A DNA stretch of 63,463 nt, filler included, from Reticulomyxa filosa (lineage: Eukaryota > Protista > Foraminifera): the NCBI GenBank assembly GCA_000512085.1. It is 19 parts of 19 records of this genome, joined end to end, with 100 filler letters (N's around TTAATTAATTAA, not from the genome) between each part and the next. Parts side by side here need not be neighbours in the genome. Positions count along the whole stretch, not along the records: positions 1 to 2,711 come from ASPP01020982.1; positions 2,812 to 4,538 come from ASPP01013891.1; positions 4,639 to 7,570 come from ASPP01022236.1; positions 7,671 to 9,690 come from ASPP01023479.1; positions 9,791 to 13,846 come from ASPP01008089.1; 14 more parts are not named here. One strand, given 5' to 3'. Below are positions 1 through 11,440 of this stretch, one piece after another. The notes beneath the pieces were generated by a model that did no database searches, was not told where the DNA came from, and worked only from the letters and a program-made list of their open reading frames with translations. The position numbers were made by a program, and so were the translations under genes. Every line of letters starts with the position of its first letter. The stretch's first letter is position 1.

Positions 1-1
1 T

Positions 2-175
2 CAATCTCAATCTCATTTAAATAAATTGGAACAAACTTTTGGAATTATCAAATGTATTGGAGGAAATGGAGGGTATAAAGGTGGAAAAGGAAGAATTGCA
101 ATTTATGGTATTGAATTATCATCAAATGATATTTTAAAAATTGATCCAAAACCATTTAATAGACTTCACAAATAA
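2..175 (+). CDS. 3' end of a gene with a Gly-rich C-terminus (QSQSH...CIGGNGGYKGGKGRIAIYGIELSSNDILKIDPKPFNRLHK*), 5'-truncated
   Basis: Open frame from the window start to TAA at 173-175, translated by hand; resembles a C-terminal tail I associate with this organism's repetitive protein families. Confidence 0.55.
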   Translation, partial: QSQSHLNKLEQTFGIIKCIGGNGGYKGGKGRIAIYGIELSSNDILKIDPKPFNRLHK

Positions 176-1125
176 TTTAATTTTTTGAATTGAAATGATT
201 TTTGCTTTCAAATATTTTACCAGTTTCAAATTATTTTTAATTTGGAAATGAAATGTTTTGAAATGCAATCGATCTACTTTCAATGTTGACTTTAATACAA
301 ATTATTTCTTCCATCGAAAAAAAAAATCACATTTGTTGATAAATGTGAAAAAAGACTTTATGTGCTAACTATACAAAATAGTGTTATCTTTTAAGAATAT
401 TTTAAATGAATTTTATTATATTAATTAATTATATATTTCATAGCACATAGACAAAAAAAATAAAGGACAAGTAGTTTTTTTGAAAAGTTCATTTTATTTC
501 TACCACAAATATTCAACATATCAGAATAAAACCATATTCAGTCATCTTTTTACAATTAGAATGTCTACATTAAATTCATTTGCTAACCACCAAAATAGTT
601 AATCTTATTAATCTATATAAATAAGTCTTTTATGTTTTGAGCAAGTCTCTTCGTCTGCTTTTGCCAGATTTTCGAAAAAATTCTTGGCACCTCTTAGCCT
701 TGAAGTGGATATTTGGACTTTGTTAGAAACGCAGTAAAACCAACCCTTTTCAAAAAGTTACTTCGAAAAGCCCTTTTTAAAAAATACCTAAGGATAATGG
801 AAGTGAGCATCATCAGTTACGCTGATGATTGTGCAAACTGGAATTTAGAACAATGCCAATGTGCCAAGACCGAAGACAATACCGCAAATGCGTTAAGTTC
901 TAGTTTCAACATTGACACAAGCTACGAATTATCAAACAAAATCGAGCAAGAGAACTTATTTGCGAATGTTCTTGCAAAAATGATAAAAGTATGAAAAGTC
1001 TTTTTTTTATTTTAAAAATAAAAATAACTAGCCAAATATCCATTTTTTTTTTTACTTTTTAAATAAAGCAATATCCAAGTAAAGATGGACATGTTTATTT
1101 TGAAATAAATAAACTCTGTGGAGGA

Positions 1126-2318
1126 ATGAATGCAAATGATAACAAAGCAATGCAATCAGTTGATGGAATACCACAACTGGTAAAAGAAGAGTATTGTTAC
1201 ATGATTTATTTCTATTTGTTGACAAAAAAAAAATTCTTTGCTTTTTATCTGAATGAATTATGGGAAAAAAAAAAATATATAGAATGAAAATAAAATAAAA
1301 ATAATTTTAAAACATTGGCTTAGTTTATATTCTATTGATTTGGGATGGATTGATGATTTCAACAAAATGATTATTCAATATGTTAATTTTTTATTTTTTT
1401 TCATAGCATTAATTTTTTAATTAAAAAAAAAAATTAAAATAGGCAAAGTATTTTACATTATTGAAAGTTATTGAAAGTGTTTCGCGAGCAAGAACAGTAA
1501 GATTTTCACCCGATGGAACCAAAATTGTGCTATCTTCATCAGATGCTAAAATTCGAATAATGGATTTAACAGGAAAGATAATCCAAACATTGCAAGGACA
1601 TAATGCTGCTGTTTATAATGTACAATTTTCATTCGATGGCAATATGGTTTTATCATGTTCAATAGATTCTACAATTCGATTATGGGATATAAAATCAGGA
1701 TTAGAAATTAAAAAATTTGTAGGACATATAGGTGTTATATTAAGAGCTCATTTTTCACCAAATGGATATACTATTGCATCATGTTCATTTGATCAGACAA
1801 TTCGACTTTGGAATGTAAATTCTGGACAAGAGATAAAAAGATTAGAAAGACATTCAAGTCGGTTATATGATATACAATTTTCACCTGATGGTCAAAAACT
1901 TGTATCATCATGTAATGATGGAACAATTAGAATATGGGATATAGAATCAAGTAAAACATTACACTTATTACAAGGTCATGAAAGAACTGTAATAAGAGCA
2001 CAATTTTCTCCAGATGGATTATCTATTGTATCATGTTCAGTTGATAATACAATTCGATTATGGAATGTTGAATCTGGAAAAGAATTTAAAAAATTGGAAG
2101 GACATTCAGGTACTATAATGGATATTAAATTTTCACCAGATGGTTTAACTATTATATCTTGCTCAAAAGATGGTACAATTCGATTGTGGGATGTAAAATC
2201 AGGACAGGAAATACAAAAATTACATGAAAATTACAAGTATTTAGGTTTAGATATTTCATTAGATGGTACAACTATTGTATCATCTGCAGATAATGAAACA
2301 ATTCAATTATGGGGATAA
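1126..2318 (+). CDS. WD40-repeat beta-propeller protein, 3 exons (1126-1179, 1283-1381, 1443-2318)
   Basis: About 7 GH...FSPDG...S.D.TIRLWD repeats; two GT..AG phase-0 introns join MNANDNK..., the LGWIDDF exon and the propeller in frame. Confidence 0.92.
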
Positions 2319-2509
2319 ATAACAAATAAAATATTCTAACTACAGTCTTTAAAAAATCAATTCTATTCTTAAATTCAACACCTTTTTTTTTTGTAATATT
2401 TTTTTTTTAGTTTTGTCCATTAAAAAAAAAAAAGCATTTATCTGACATTTGATTAATACAACTTTAACTCAGTAAAGAAAAGTGCTTCAAAAAATTGGAT
2501 TTTACAAAC

Positions 2510-2711
2510 AAACAAGAACAAATTAATCATTTTATTTGTTTAATTTGTAAACAAATTGCCAATGATCAAGACCTAAATGAGTCATTGATTGTTTAACAAT
2601 TTCATAATGCGAATCGTCAATATTCTAAAAGTAAATCTTTTCAATTACTTATTGGGGAATTAATGGCAATATGTCCACGACAATTTGAAAGAGATTTACA
2701 AACATCTGATC
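2510..2711 (+). pseudogene. Relic of a RING/TRAF-type zinc-finger gene family
   Basis: Broken translation ...NRQYSKSKSFQLLIGELMAICPRQFERDLQTSD with stops and frameshifts upstream; related relic at 44900-45120. Confidence 0.45.
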
Positions 2712-2811
2712 NNNNNNNNNNNNNNNNNNNNNNNNNNNNNNNNNNNNNNNNNNNNTTAATTAATTAANNNNNNNNNNNNNNNNNNNNNNNNNNNNNNNNN
2801 NNNNNNNNNNN
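2712..2811. other. Artificial contig-joining spacer N44-TTAATTAATTAA-N44, first of 18. Others start at 4539, 7571, 9691, 13847, 18159, 20825, 34035, 35319, 40190, 41310, 42533, 44756, 47180, 48600, 53144, 54715, 58407
   Basis: Identical 100-nt structure each time; palindromic core gives stops in all six frames; composition and genes change abruptly across it. Confidence 0.99.
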
Positions 2812-2970
2812 CATTTGTGGCTGCATTTGTGGCTGCATTTGTGGCTGCATTTGTGACTGCATTTGTGATTGAATTTGTGGCTGCATTTGTGATTGGATTT
2901 GTGGTTGGATTTGTGGCTGGATTTGAGATTGAATTTGTGACTGAATTTGGGGTTGAATTTGTGGTTGAAT
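2812..2970 (-). repeat. 12-bp coding tandem repeat (QIQP/QIQS/QMQP)n
   Basis: Repeated catttgtggctg-like units up to the contig break. Confidence 0.9.
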
Positions 2971-4433
2971 TGACGGCTGTGTTCTTGGGAGTTGTGGCGC
3001 GTCCTGGTGCGTCGTACCTGATATTGAAATTAAGTTTACACCTTTGGTGGGCAGTGGTTGAGTTATTGATGTGGCCAGAATTTGAGGTGGGATTACAGGA
3101 TGTTGTGATTGTTGTGACAAGCTGGTAGAACCAGTGGTAGCGACTGCCGCGGACAACTGCGACGATTGGACGGTGACTGGTTTGGTAGCGGGATTATTCA
3201 AGTATGTCGTTGGAACGACAACTGGAGTTGGAATTGGCAGTGGTTGAGAGGGATACTCGACAGTTACAACTTGTGAATGAGGTTCATTCGATCCCACGTT
3301 ATTATTATTATTATATACATTGGGAAGATGCTGTGCAGTAGAAGGCAGTTCAGTGTAGTGTGGTTGTATACTAATGGCATCCGAAGTGATGACGATAGGA
3401 TTCATTGGCATTTGAACTTGAGTGGAAAAATGAAGTTGTTGCGACTCAGGAGGTAATGACTGAATTCCAGTTGTGTTTGTCTCTGGAGTGACAGTGAAGA
3501 TGGAAAACTGCTGCACCGGGTTATCTAATGTCCTTGGAGTTGGAGTGATGACGAACGGCGCAGGTGTAATCAAGTCCTCCTCTTCCATTTGTTTTTTCGC
3601 TTCCATCAGTTCCTCGTGAATGTATTGATTTAATTCGTCAATCTTTTCATTCACTTCTTCTTTCAGTTTTTCAATGTGCGCTTTGGTTTGTTCAAAGTCC
3701 TGAGATGCCATCATCCGATCAAATAAAGGATCTTGGATTTGCATATTGAATGAAAGACAATAATAGGTTGGAATATTTTGTGTACCGTCAGAATCTATGC
3801 ATTAGTTACAAACAAAGTAAGGAAGCATGCTTATATATGTGTGATGAATTGTTTTTTTAAAACTTTCTTTGTCTCTGCGATTTGCCGTTGCAAATTGACA
3901 ATTTCAAGTTGGTCTTTCACAAATTCGTCGAATTTGGCGATTAGCTAATTCACATGACACAAATACGAGCCTCGAAATAGAACACATCAAAAAAAAAAAA
4001 AAGACAAACTAGTTACCGAATCTCTCAAGGAGATGTATTTGTCTCGGGCACGTCGCTTTTCTTGTTCTTTGATTTTTTCTCTTTCGGCGTTGGACATGTT
4101 TTTGAGCTGTTCGTCCATTTGTGTTAATTTCAAATGTAACAATTTACTTTGGTTTTGAATAAAGTTTTCGTGTTCTTTTCCAATCTCCATTTCTTTCAAA
4201 ATGATGGCCTGCTTAATTTGCTCATCGCTGTCAAAATCTTCCATACGCCATTGTAACGGCAGTTTATCTGAAAACAGGTCAATGTTGAAAAACTTTCTCA
4301 CCGTTTCTCTGTGGTTGATATGCAATTCGTCTGCAATTTCTATTTCCTCCGTCTCTGTCCCTTCCTTGTCTTGCCCTACTACTGTTTTCTGTGACCGCGA
4401 TTCCGAAGAGCGCATTGTATTTAGCATCGGCAT
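2812..4433 (-). CDS. Partial multi-exon hypothetical protein: coiled-coil region followed by Q/P/T/S-rich low-complexity region
   Basis: ORFs 3987-4433 and 2764-3744 on the same strand, separated by AT-rich intron-like segments; runs off the contig end. Confidence 0.65.
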
Positions 4434-4500
4434 TTCGCTCTAAAATTCATGAGTTTTCCCGCCCCTCCCCCAGTGTACCCGTTTGATTTAAGCTACAATT

Positions 4501-4538
<38 letters not shown>

Positions 4539-4638
4539 NNNNNNNNNNNNNNNNNNNNNNNNNNNNNNNNNNNNNNNNNNNNTTAATTAATTAANNNNNN
4601 NNNNNNNNNNNNNNNNNNNNNNNNNNNNNNNNNNNNNN

Positions 4639-5897
4639 AAAAATTCTGGTTCGAAACGACCACCAACTCTCCAGGATATGACAGATATATTGAACGGAAG
4701 CAGACCTGTTCGTAGAGATTTTCTTGAAGAGCCACCTGAGGTTCCTTCATGGGCACCTTTGTTGAAATCGTTCTTTGACGAATCTTCAGCTGAGGAAGAA
4801 TATTTTGACAACGGTCCTGAGTTGGCCGGAGCTGTGGCGCCGCAACCCAAATCTGCAAATAATAAACCTTTGTCCAAAATCAAACGTCATAACGCTTCAA
4901 TCGCTAAACCACCACAAACTCCTGCTGCTGGCCCTCCAAAAATTCAATATGGAAACTCGGAACAAGAAGCTATAGAGGAGACAGAAGTCAAAGCTGAGAC
5001 ATCTGCTCCTCAACAGTCGGGAGGTCCTCCACCTGTTCCTGTTGCTGCATTAAACAAAAAGCCGAATGCCGCTCCTTCCACTACCACAACCTCTTCTACT
5101 GCTACAACCGAAAAGAAAACAACAGCCACAACAGCCACAACAACCGCAACAACCACAACAGAAAAAAAACTACCAACACTTCCAGTTCAAGTGGTAGTGG
5201 TGGTAATACTGTGGCTGAATTACAGGCCAAATTAGCTCAACGTGGTGCATTTAATGCCAATCAGCAAACCAAAACAAATGTAATCAACACTGCGAAAAAC
5301 AACAGCGATGAAAAAAAAACTGAGTCCAAGCCCAATACTACTGTGAAAAAAAATGATACCAGCTCAAATGCAAAGATAGAAACGAAAAGCACCACTAGTG
5401 CTACTAATACTAAGGCTGCTAATAATGCGAAGAAATCGTCTGCTCCACCAAACAAAACTGACTCATACAAATGGTTGTGTCATTTAGATCCTCAATCTGG
5501 AGATGTTTATTATGAAAATATTGCATCAGGAGAAACACAATGGGAAAGACCAGCCGAGCCTGTAAAACCCTATTGGCTTGCCCATAATGATTCCGAGTCA
5601 GGTGATATGTACTTTGAAAATATTGATACTGGTGCCACATCCTGGGAAAAGCCTGACGAATTTGCAGATGCTGAAGAGAAATGGCTGGCCAAAAAGAATC
5701 CTGAAACAGGTGATTATTTCTATGAAAATTTGGCGACAGGTAAAACCCAGTGGGAGGTTCCCCCTGCCTTCCAAGAGAAACAGCCCCAACAAGAATGGAT
5801 GCGTCATTTTGATCCAAACTCTGGTGATTATTACTATGAAAACTTACGCACTGGAGAAACTACTTGGGATGCACCTTCCGGCATCAAATTCGATTGA
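4639..5897 (+). CDS. Protein with Pro/Thr-rich linker and four C-terminal WW domains (5'-partial; one frameshift in the A-run at 5162-5169)
   Basis: Four W-x6-7-G-x-x-Y-[YF]-EN-x-x-[ST]G-x-T-x-W-x-x-P repeats at about 5467-5880; adding one A fuses ORFs 4678-5235 and 5211-5897 (EKKTTNTSSSSGSGGNTVAELQAKLAQR). Confidence 0.9.
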
Positions 5898-6288
5898 TAT
5901 TTTTTGTTCTGGGACTTTGTACAGGATAATATTGCGTCTTATGTTATTGTTTTCATAAAAGTAGAGCTATCGCTCATGTTCAGCCTAAGATTAATATCAC
6001 AAGTTTTTACTGATCGTACAGCCTCTCATTCTTTTTTTGCAAATCACTAACAAGATTAATCTTGTCATTGAACAAAAAATATCATAAGAAAAACATTTGA
6101 AGAGAAAAATTAAACAAAACAATTGCTATTGAAAATTTATTTTTGTTAAATTTTTGAAAGATTTTTTTAAGGGCAGCTATATGTTTGTTTTGATCCCACT
6201 TCAAATTACAAATTTGAAAATAATCTAACAATGTATTGTCCAGAAAAGCAAAATTTCAACTTTGTTCTATTTCCTATGTTTTCTCCTA

Positions 6289-7270
6289 TCATAGAATTTC
6301 ACAAGTCTTTTGCTTTGTTTTTTTGAATGAGACAGCAACTCTGTTTCGAAATACACTTTTTTGGTCTTTTTGAACTTGATTAAACAAAACAAAAAGCAAA
6401 CCTCGCAGCCTCGTTGAATATATCTTTCGGTCCATCTTCACTCAAAGCGGAGCATTCCATGTATCTATATGCATTAACTAAATCGACTAACTCTTGGCCT
6501 TCCTGCATTGACACCAAATTAATCTATGGAAAAATGAGCCACAAATCCTCCAACAATCCACAAAAAAAAAAAGAAAAATAATTAACTCTTTCACAGTTGT
6601 GAGTTCGTTTGTCGTTTTTGGTCCCACCAATATGAATGGTATATTAGGTAAATGATGTCTAATCTCGGGTACCCACTTTATGAAATATTTAAAAAATAGT
6701 ATTATGTGCTTGTTAGTGGAGATTGTGGTACAATCAAGAAACTTAAACAAAACTTTAGTTTTGACGTGTTCGTACGATAACCTTGAACTGATTGAAAAAC
6801 ACACCACAACAATATTCGTTTTTGGATATGATAATGGCCGCAAACGATCATCATCATCTCGCTGCCTGTTGTATTTTTTGCTAGAATGATAGCAATAGCA
6901 TTATCATATGGTATTAATAAAAGCAAATACCAGTGTCCCAAAGTTCTAATTGAACTGCTTTGCCATTAATCATTAAATCAACAGAATAAGTATCAAATAC
7001 CTTCTATTCATTTGTAAAATAAAACTGAAATAAGTAATGCAGAAAAATTACATACTGTTAGCTTTTTTGAAATGTAAAACACACTTAACGGGTACAAATT
7101 CTTCAAAAAAGCGGCCTTCTTTAAAGGTTTGTACAAGAGAAGTTTTGCCAACAGCACTATCTCCAACCACCACGCACTGTACGTTTTTAAGAAAAACTTC
7201 CACAATGATTTCATTGAAAGGCACTATATCTTATGAAATCAGAACATACTTTGACGTTGGTTGAGGCCAT
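6289..7270 (-). CDS. Rho/Rac-family small GTPase, multi-exon, divergent, with at least one frameshift
   Basis: Spliced reading MASTNVK|CVVVGDSAVGKTSL...VFDTYSVDLMINGKAVQLELWDT...RLRPLSYPKT...WVPEIRHHLP...YMECSAL...KKTKQKTCEIL* (CaaX end). Confidence 0.88.
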
Positions 7271-7687
7271 TTGTTCGTTGAAATGTGTGAAATTATAATG
7301 ATTGCCTGTTAAAAATTATTTTATCAAATATTAAAAAGCTGCTTTTTAAACTTTTATCGCTTTTCTGTCTTTTATTCTATCCAAAGCCAGGTTTCATTTC
7401 AGCATAAATGCACACATTTTGTCTGTTTCCATATATATGCCCGTAAACCCTCTAGAATCGTTGCTACAATGAAATTTAAATAAAGCGAGCGTACATGTTT
7501 GTTCAATATTCAGACTGTATTATGTTTTGGAAAAATGCAAATAAGAAATTTAAAACTTAGGACTAAACCGNNNNNNNNNNNNNNNNNNNNNNNNNNNNNN
7601 NNNNNNNNNNNNNNTTAATTAATTAANNNNNNNNNNNNNNNNNNNNNNNNNNNNNNNNNNNNNNNNNNNNTTTTTTTTGCAATGTAG

Positions 7688-8122
7688 AAAGAGTTAGTAC
7701 CACTGACGGCACAAGATCTAAAGACTCCATTGTTTATGATCGAGCATTTGCGCTACCACTGTTTCATGCGTCGTGAAAATCGAGACGAGTATTTGGACAA
7801 TGGCCACATGGGCAAGCTGCTGACGTTACTGGTCCGATATCAGTTCCACGTCACGCCCATCAAAATACTGTTTGACGAGTTGGGGTCGTTGGACCTCATT
7901 CTCGACCGCTCGCAGCGTATCAAACCGGAAGACGACGAGATCTTGAAGTCCCATTATCCTTTGGAAGAAAGCAATCACTCCGATTACACCCACACTGTCA
8001 GCAATTCCGATATCATGCAAATGCCCGGCATCGCTCGCAACCGAAGTATCAAGCCGGACCAACCGACAATTGAGGAAGAGGAAGTGCAAGGAGGAGCTGA
8101 TTTTGAAGACGATGAAGAGGAT

Positions 8123-8172
<50 letters not shown>

Positions 8173-8569
8173 TAACAATAATAATAGGAGAAGTATACAC
8201 ACAAATGGTAATGTCGAAGAAAAGAAAACTGCCTTTGGTGATGAAAAAAAACAACAGTTGGAAGTTGAAATGCAACCAAGAGAGCGACGATTAAGTGATC
8301 GCAACACAGATCATCCTCGAATTGACAGTGACAATGCCAATCCTTCTCCTCGACGATCGTCCGCGTACCAAGAGCGCAAATCGTCCATTAAAAAGCCCAG
8401 GGCTGACAGCAGCGCTCGTCCTTCTTACAAAATCAACGCTCCTGATTATGATGAAAACGCAGACTGGATGAGAGATGCTGTCAATATGGATGCCACTGAT
8501 ATTGTCACCGCGAATGTTGCCGGAGATTTGGAACCTTCTACCTCAGGAAGTGATGATGACAGCGATTGA
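7688..8569 (+). CDS. Terminal exon of a hypothetical protein with acidic and poly-Asn tracts
   Basis: Open frame of more than 279 aa following a tgtag acceptor at the contig start; no family recognised. Confidence 0.65.
8125..8186 (+). repeat. (AAT)n microsatellite encoding poly-Asn
   Basis: About 20 AAT/AAC triplets in frame. Confidence 0.95.
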
Positions 8570-9835
8570 ATAGGCTTAGGCAAATCGAAGCAAAATAATT
8601 TTTTTTTTGTTTTTGTTTGGTCGTTGGTTGTTGTTGTACGTTCTTTCCTTTTGAAAGTTTTCAAATCCTTGTTCTTTTTTTTTTAATGATCCCTTTTTTT
8701 TTACAAGATCACGAAAAGGTATAATGAAAATGTGAATGTTGCTCATTTCCTTTCCTCCTTTTTTTCCATTTTGTAAAGACATGGCCTCAGTTTTGATGTG
8801 TGCAAAGAGAGTATATTAGTCCATTATTAAGGCAGTTTTCTTGTGCATTATCTTTAAAAAAAAAGGCAACTTTGTATACTAACCCGACAGTGTTTACCGT
8901 TTGTATTTCAAATAAATCCATTAAATATAGATTGTGCAAATTAAAAATAATTTTAATGTATGCCAATTAATTGTGTTTATATTAGCACAATATATGTTTT
9001 TTCCTTTTGGAAGGGACGCACGGTCAAGTTATATTCCCCAAAGCCGTCTTGTCTACATTGTGTGCTCCTCCCAATTGAATTTAAAGTGATTACAATGGCA
9101 ACGGAAACAGGTACATTCTCATTTTTGCTCTACCATTAACTGTTTGTAAGATAATCGCGTCAAACGGGGGTTTTTCATTAACTCAAAACAAACGTAGGTG
9201 TGATACAATTGAGTGTGAAAGTCCCCGGGGATCACACTGAATTGGACATGGAGCAAGAGAATGAAGAGCCCAAACTGTCATTAAATTCAGAGGAAAACGG
9301 GGGTGAAGAGACACAAAGGATGAGATATGGGTTGAATTCACCCAAAGGAAAAGTTTACAATATTTTGTTGTTGACGACGACCCCTTTTCCCCCCCCTCTC
9401 TCCCACTATGTATCGTATTCTTTCAACAAAATAACCAATAACCCATAATAAATGTTAGAATAAGGGTTCTGATGAACAAGAAGACTCAGGGGCAACGACC
9501 CCAGCAACAAAGCTTCGTCAAACAGCAGGAATCAACTCGCCAAAACAACAGCAAACGCTGGTTTGTAATGTGTGACAAACGTTCCACGTATACTCAATCG
9601 AAACTTTCCAATGATAACACAAAAAAAAAAAAAACGTCGTCGACACACGGCCATAAATTATTTTTAAAAAATTTTTTCATTAAAAAAAACNNNNNNNNNN
9701 NNNNNNNNNNNNNNNNNNNNNNNNNNNNNNNNNNTTAATTAATTAANNNNNNNNNNNNNNNNNNNNNNNNNNNNNNNNNNNNNNNNNNNNAAAAAAAAAA
9801 AAAAAAAAAACAAAAAAAAAAAAAAAAAAAAATAG

Positions 9836-10591
9836 AAATCAATTGCTAAACATGACCCATATTTGAAAGCAAATAGCTGGAGTACTTCTTATATCAGAGA
9901 CCTATTTCACTTGATGTCCAAAATGACTCTTTTATCTCTCGTCAGCGCCTTTGTTACTTTGGGTCTGGGTTATTCGTTATGGATTGTATTCCCAGTTTTT
10001 TGTGGCACTATCAGTGCTACTGTCGATTCTTTATGGTATGGCATGTGGGACATGTACCAATGATAAACACGCATTCCAAAAAAAAAAAAACTCTGTTTTT
10101 TTTTTTTTTTTTGAATGGAGCGAGGACTTTTTTTTCTAATTGATAATATGAACAATCTAAAACCATACATATTTATTTGTACGTATATTATGTCCACCCA
10201 CCCACTTCTCCTTTCTTTGCCTTAAAAAAAAAAAAAAAAAAAAAAAATAAAAGAGAGAAATTAATTTTTTTTTTAAAAAAATTGAGCTGATGTCAATGTG
10301 TTGGGGATTGACAGCATTTTCTTGTCGTTTCGATTTCAAAACGCATTATTTGAAAAAGTGTTTTGCTGCTTATCTGCGTCAAAGATCGCTCAGTGTTGTG
10401 TGTGCACATTTGGATCATGGTGCGAGAATCTGAAGGCTGTGGATTGGATTGACGAAATGCAAAGTGATACCAAAAGAAATCGAAGCGTAGTTGGAAGTGA
10501 TCCCAGTCCCGCTAAAAAACAAATTGATACAAGTGCTGATGTGTTACCAAACATTCGAACTTTTTCCACTGAAAGTTTTTGTGAGGTGTAA
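9836..10591 (+). CDS. C-terminal exons of a probable multi-pass (7TM-like) membrane protein
   Basis: Hydrophobic segments (MTLLSLVSAFVTLGLGYSLWIVFPVF; LGIDSIFLSFRF) followed by a Cys-rich tail; exon borders uncertain. Confidence 0.45.
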
Positions 10592-11440
10592 TTTTTTTTT
10601 TTTTTTTTTGTTGTCATCGTTGTTGTCACTGTCGTTGTTCGTTGTTTGTTGTTATGTTTTATATTGTTAATTCGGATCAAAACCTCTGGAAAAGGAGAAG
10701 GGGAAATTAAGAAAACAAAACAAAACAAAAAAAACAGACGAGGTTCTTTGTGTTCAATCAAATCACAAAAAGCCTTTATGTTGTGTATGTGTTTTCATGG
10801 GAAGGAGAAAGAAACGAAGGGGGCAAGGGGGGGGGGGAGGGAAAAAAACAAACTTTCCATTTTATTTTTTTCTTGGTCTTGTTTTTCTTTTCTTTTTTGT
10901 TTATAAAAGATATCCTAATTTCGTTTATTCTTCATTGCCAAATTGCTTGGACAATGCAATCTTTTTTTGATGGCGATAAACATCAAAAAAAAAAAATTTG
11001 TGTGACCATAAATACAACAGTGCAGCACGTTTACACTGGTAATTCAAAAAGTACTTTGGTCATGAGATTCAAGGTGAGACTAGCAGTCACTTTTAATGAT
11101 AAACTCCCTTAGTTTTCATTTGTGAGTCGGTCGTGCAAGGACTCTCTCTCTCTCTGGGGGTTGATCATTGACTATTTTTGTTTTGTTTTTTTTCAAGTTA
11201 AGTGGTTATTCAAAACTGCATGAACAAAAAAAAAAAAAAATGTATATTTCCTTTAGTATCAAAAAAAATAAATAAATAAAGTGCTCGGTTGGGTAGGAAC
11301 GTCAAAGTTCAAAGTTTTTTTTTTCTCTCTCTGCTCTCCTGTCGCTCTCTTGCAATGCGTATTGGAAGAAAATATATAGATACAAATAGATAGTAGATAG
11401 CACGTTATTTGCGTCTAATTTTGATGAATCTGTGAGTAAG

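Noticed and set aside
713-994. 93-aa ORF upstream of the WD40 gene
   Set aside because: TTG start, no recognisable motif, no supporting splice structure
2756-2767. Recurrent TTAATTAATTAA palindrome as a biological repeat or CRISPR-like array
   Set aside because: Always centred in exactly 44+44 Ns; it is an assembly linker. ORFs ending in X-runs are artefacts of it.
7826-8307. Poly-Ile and poly-Leu ORFs suggesting membrane proteins
   Set aside because: Alternative-frame and antisense readings of the (AAT)n microsatellite
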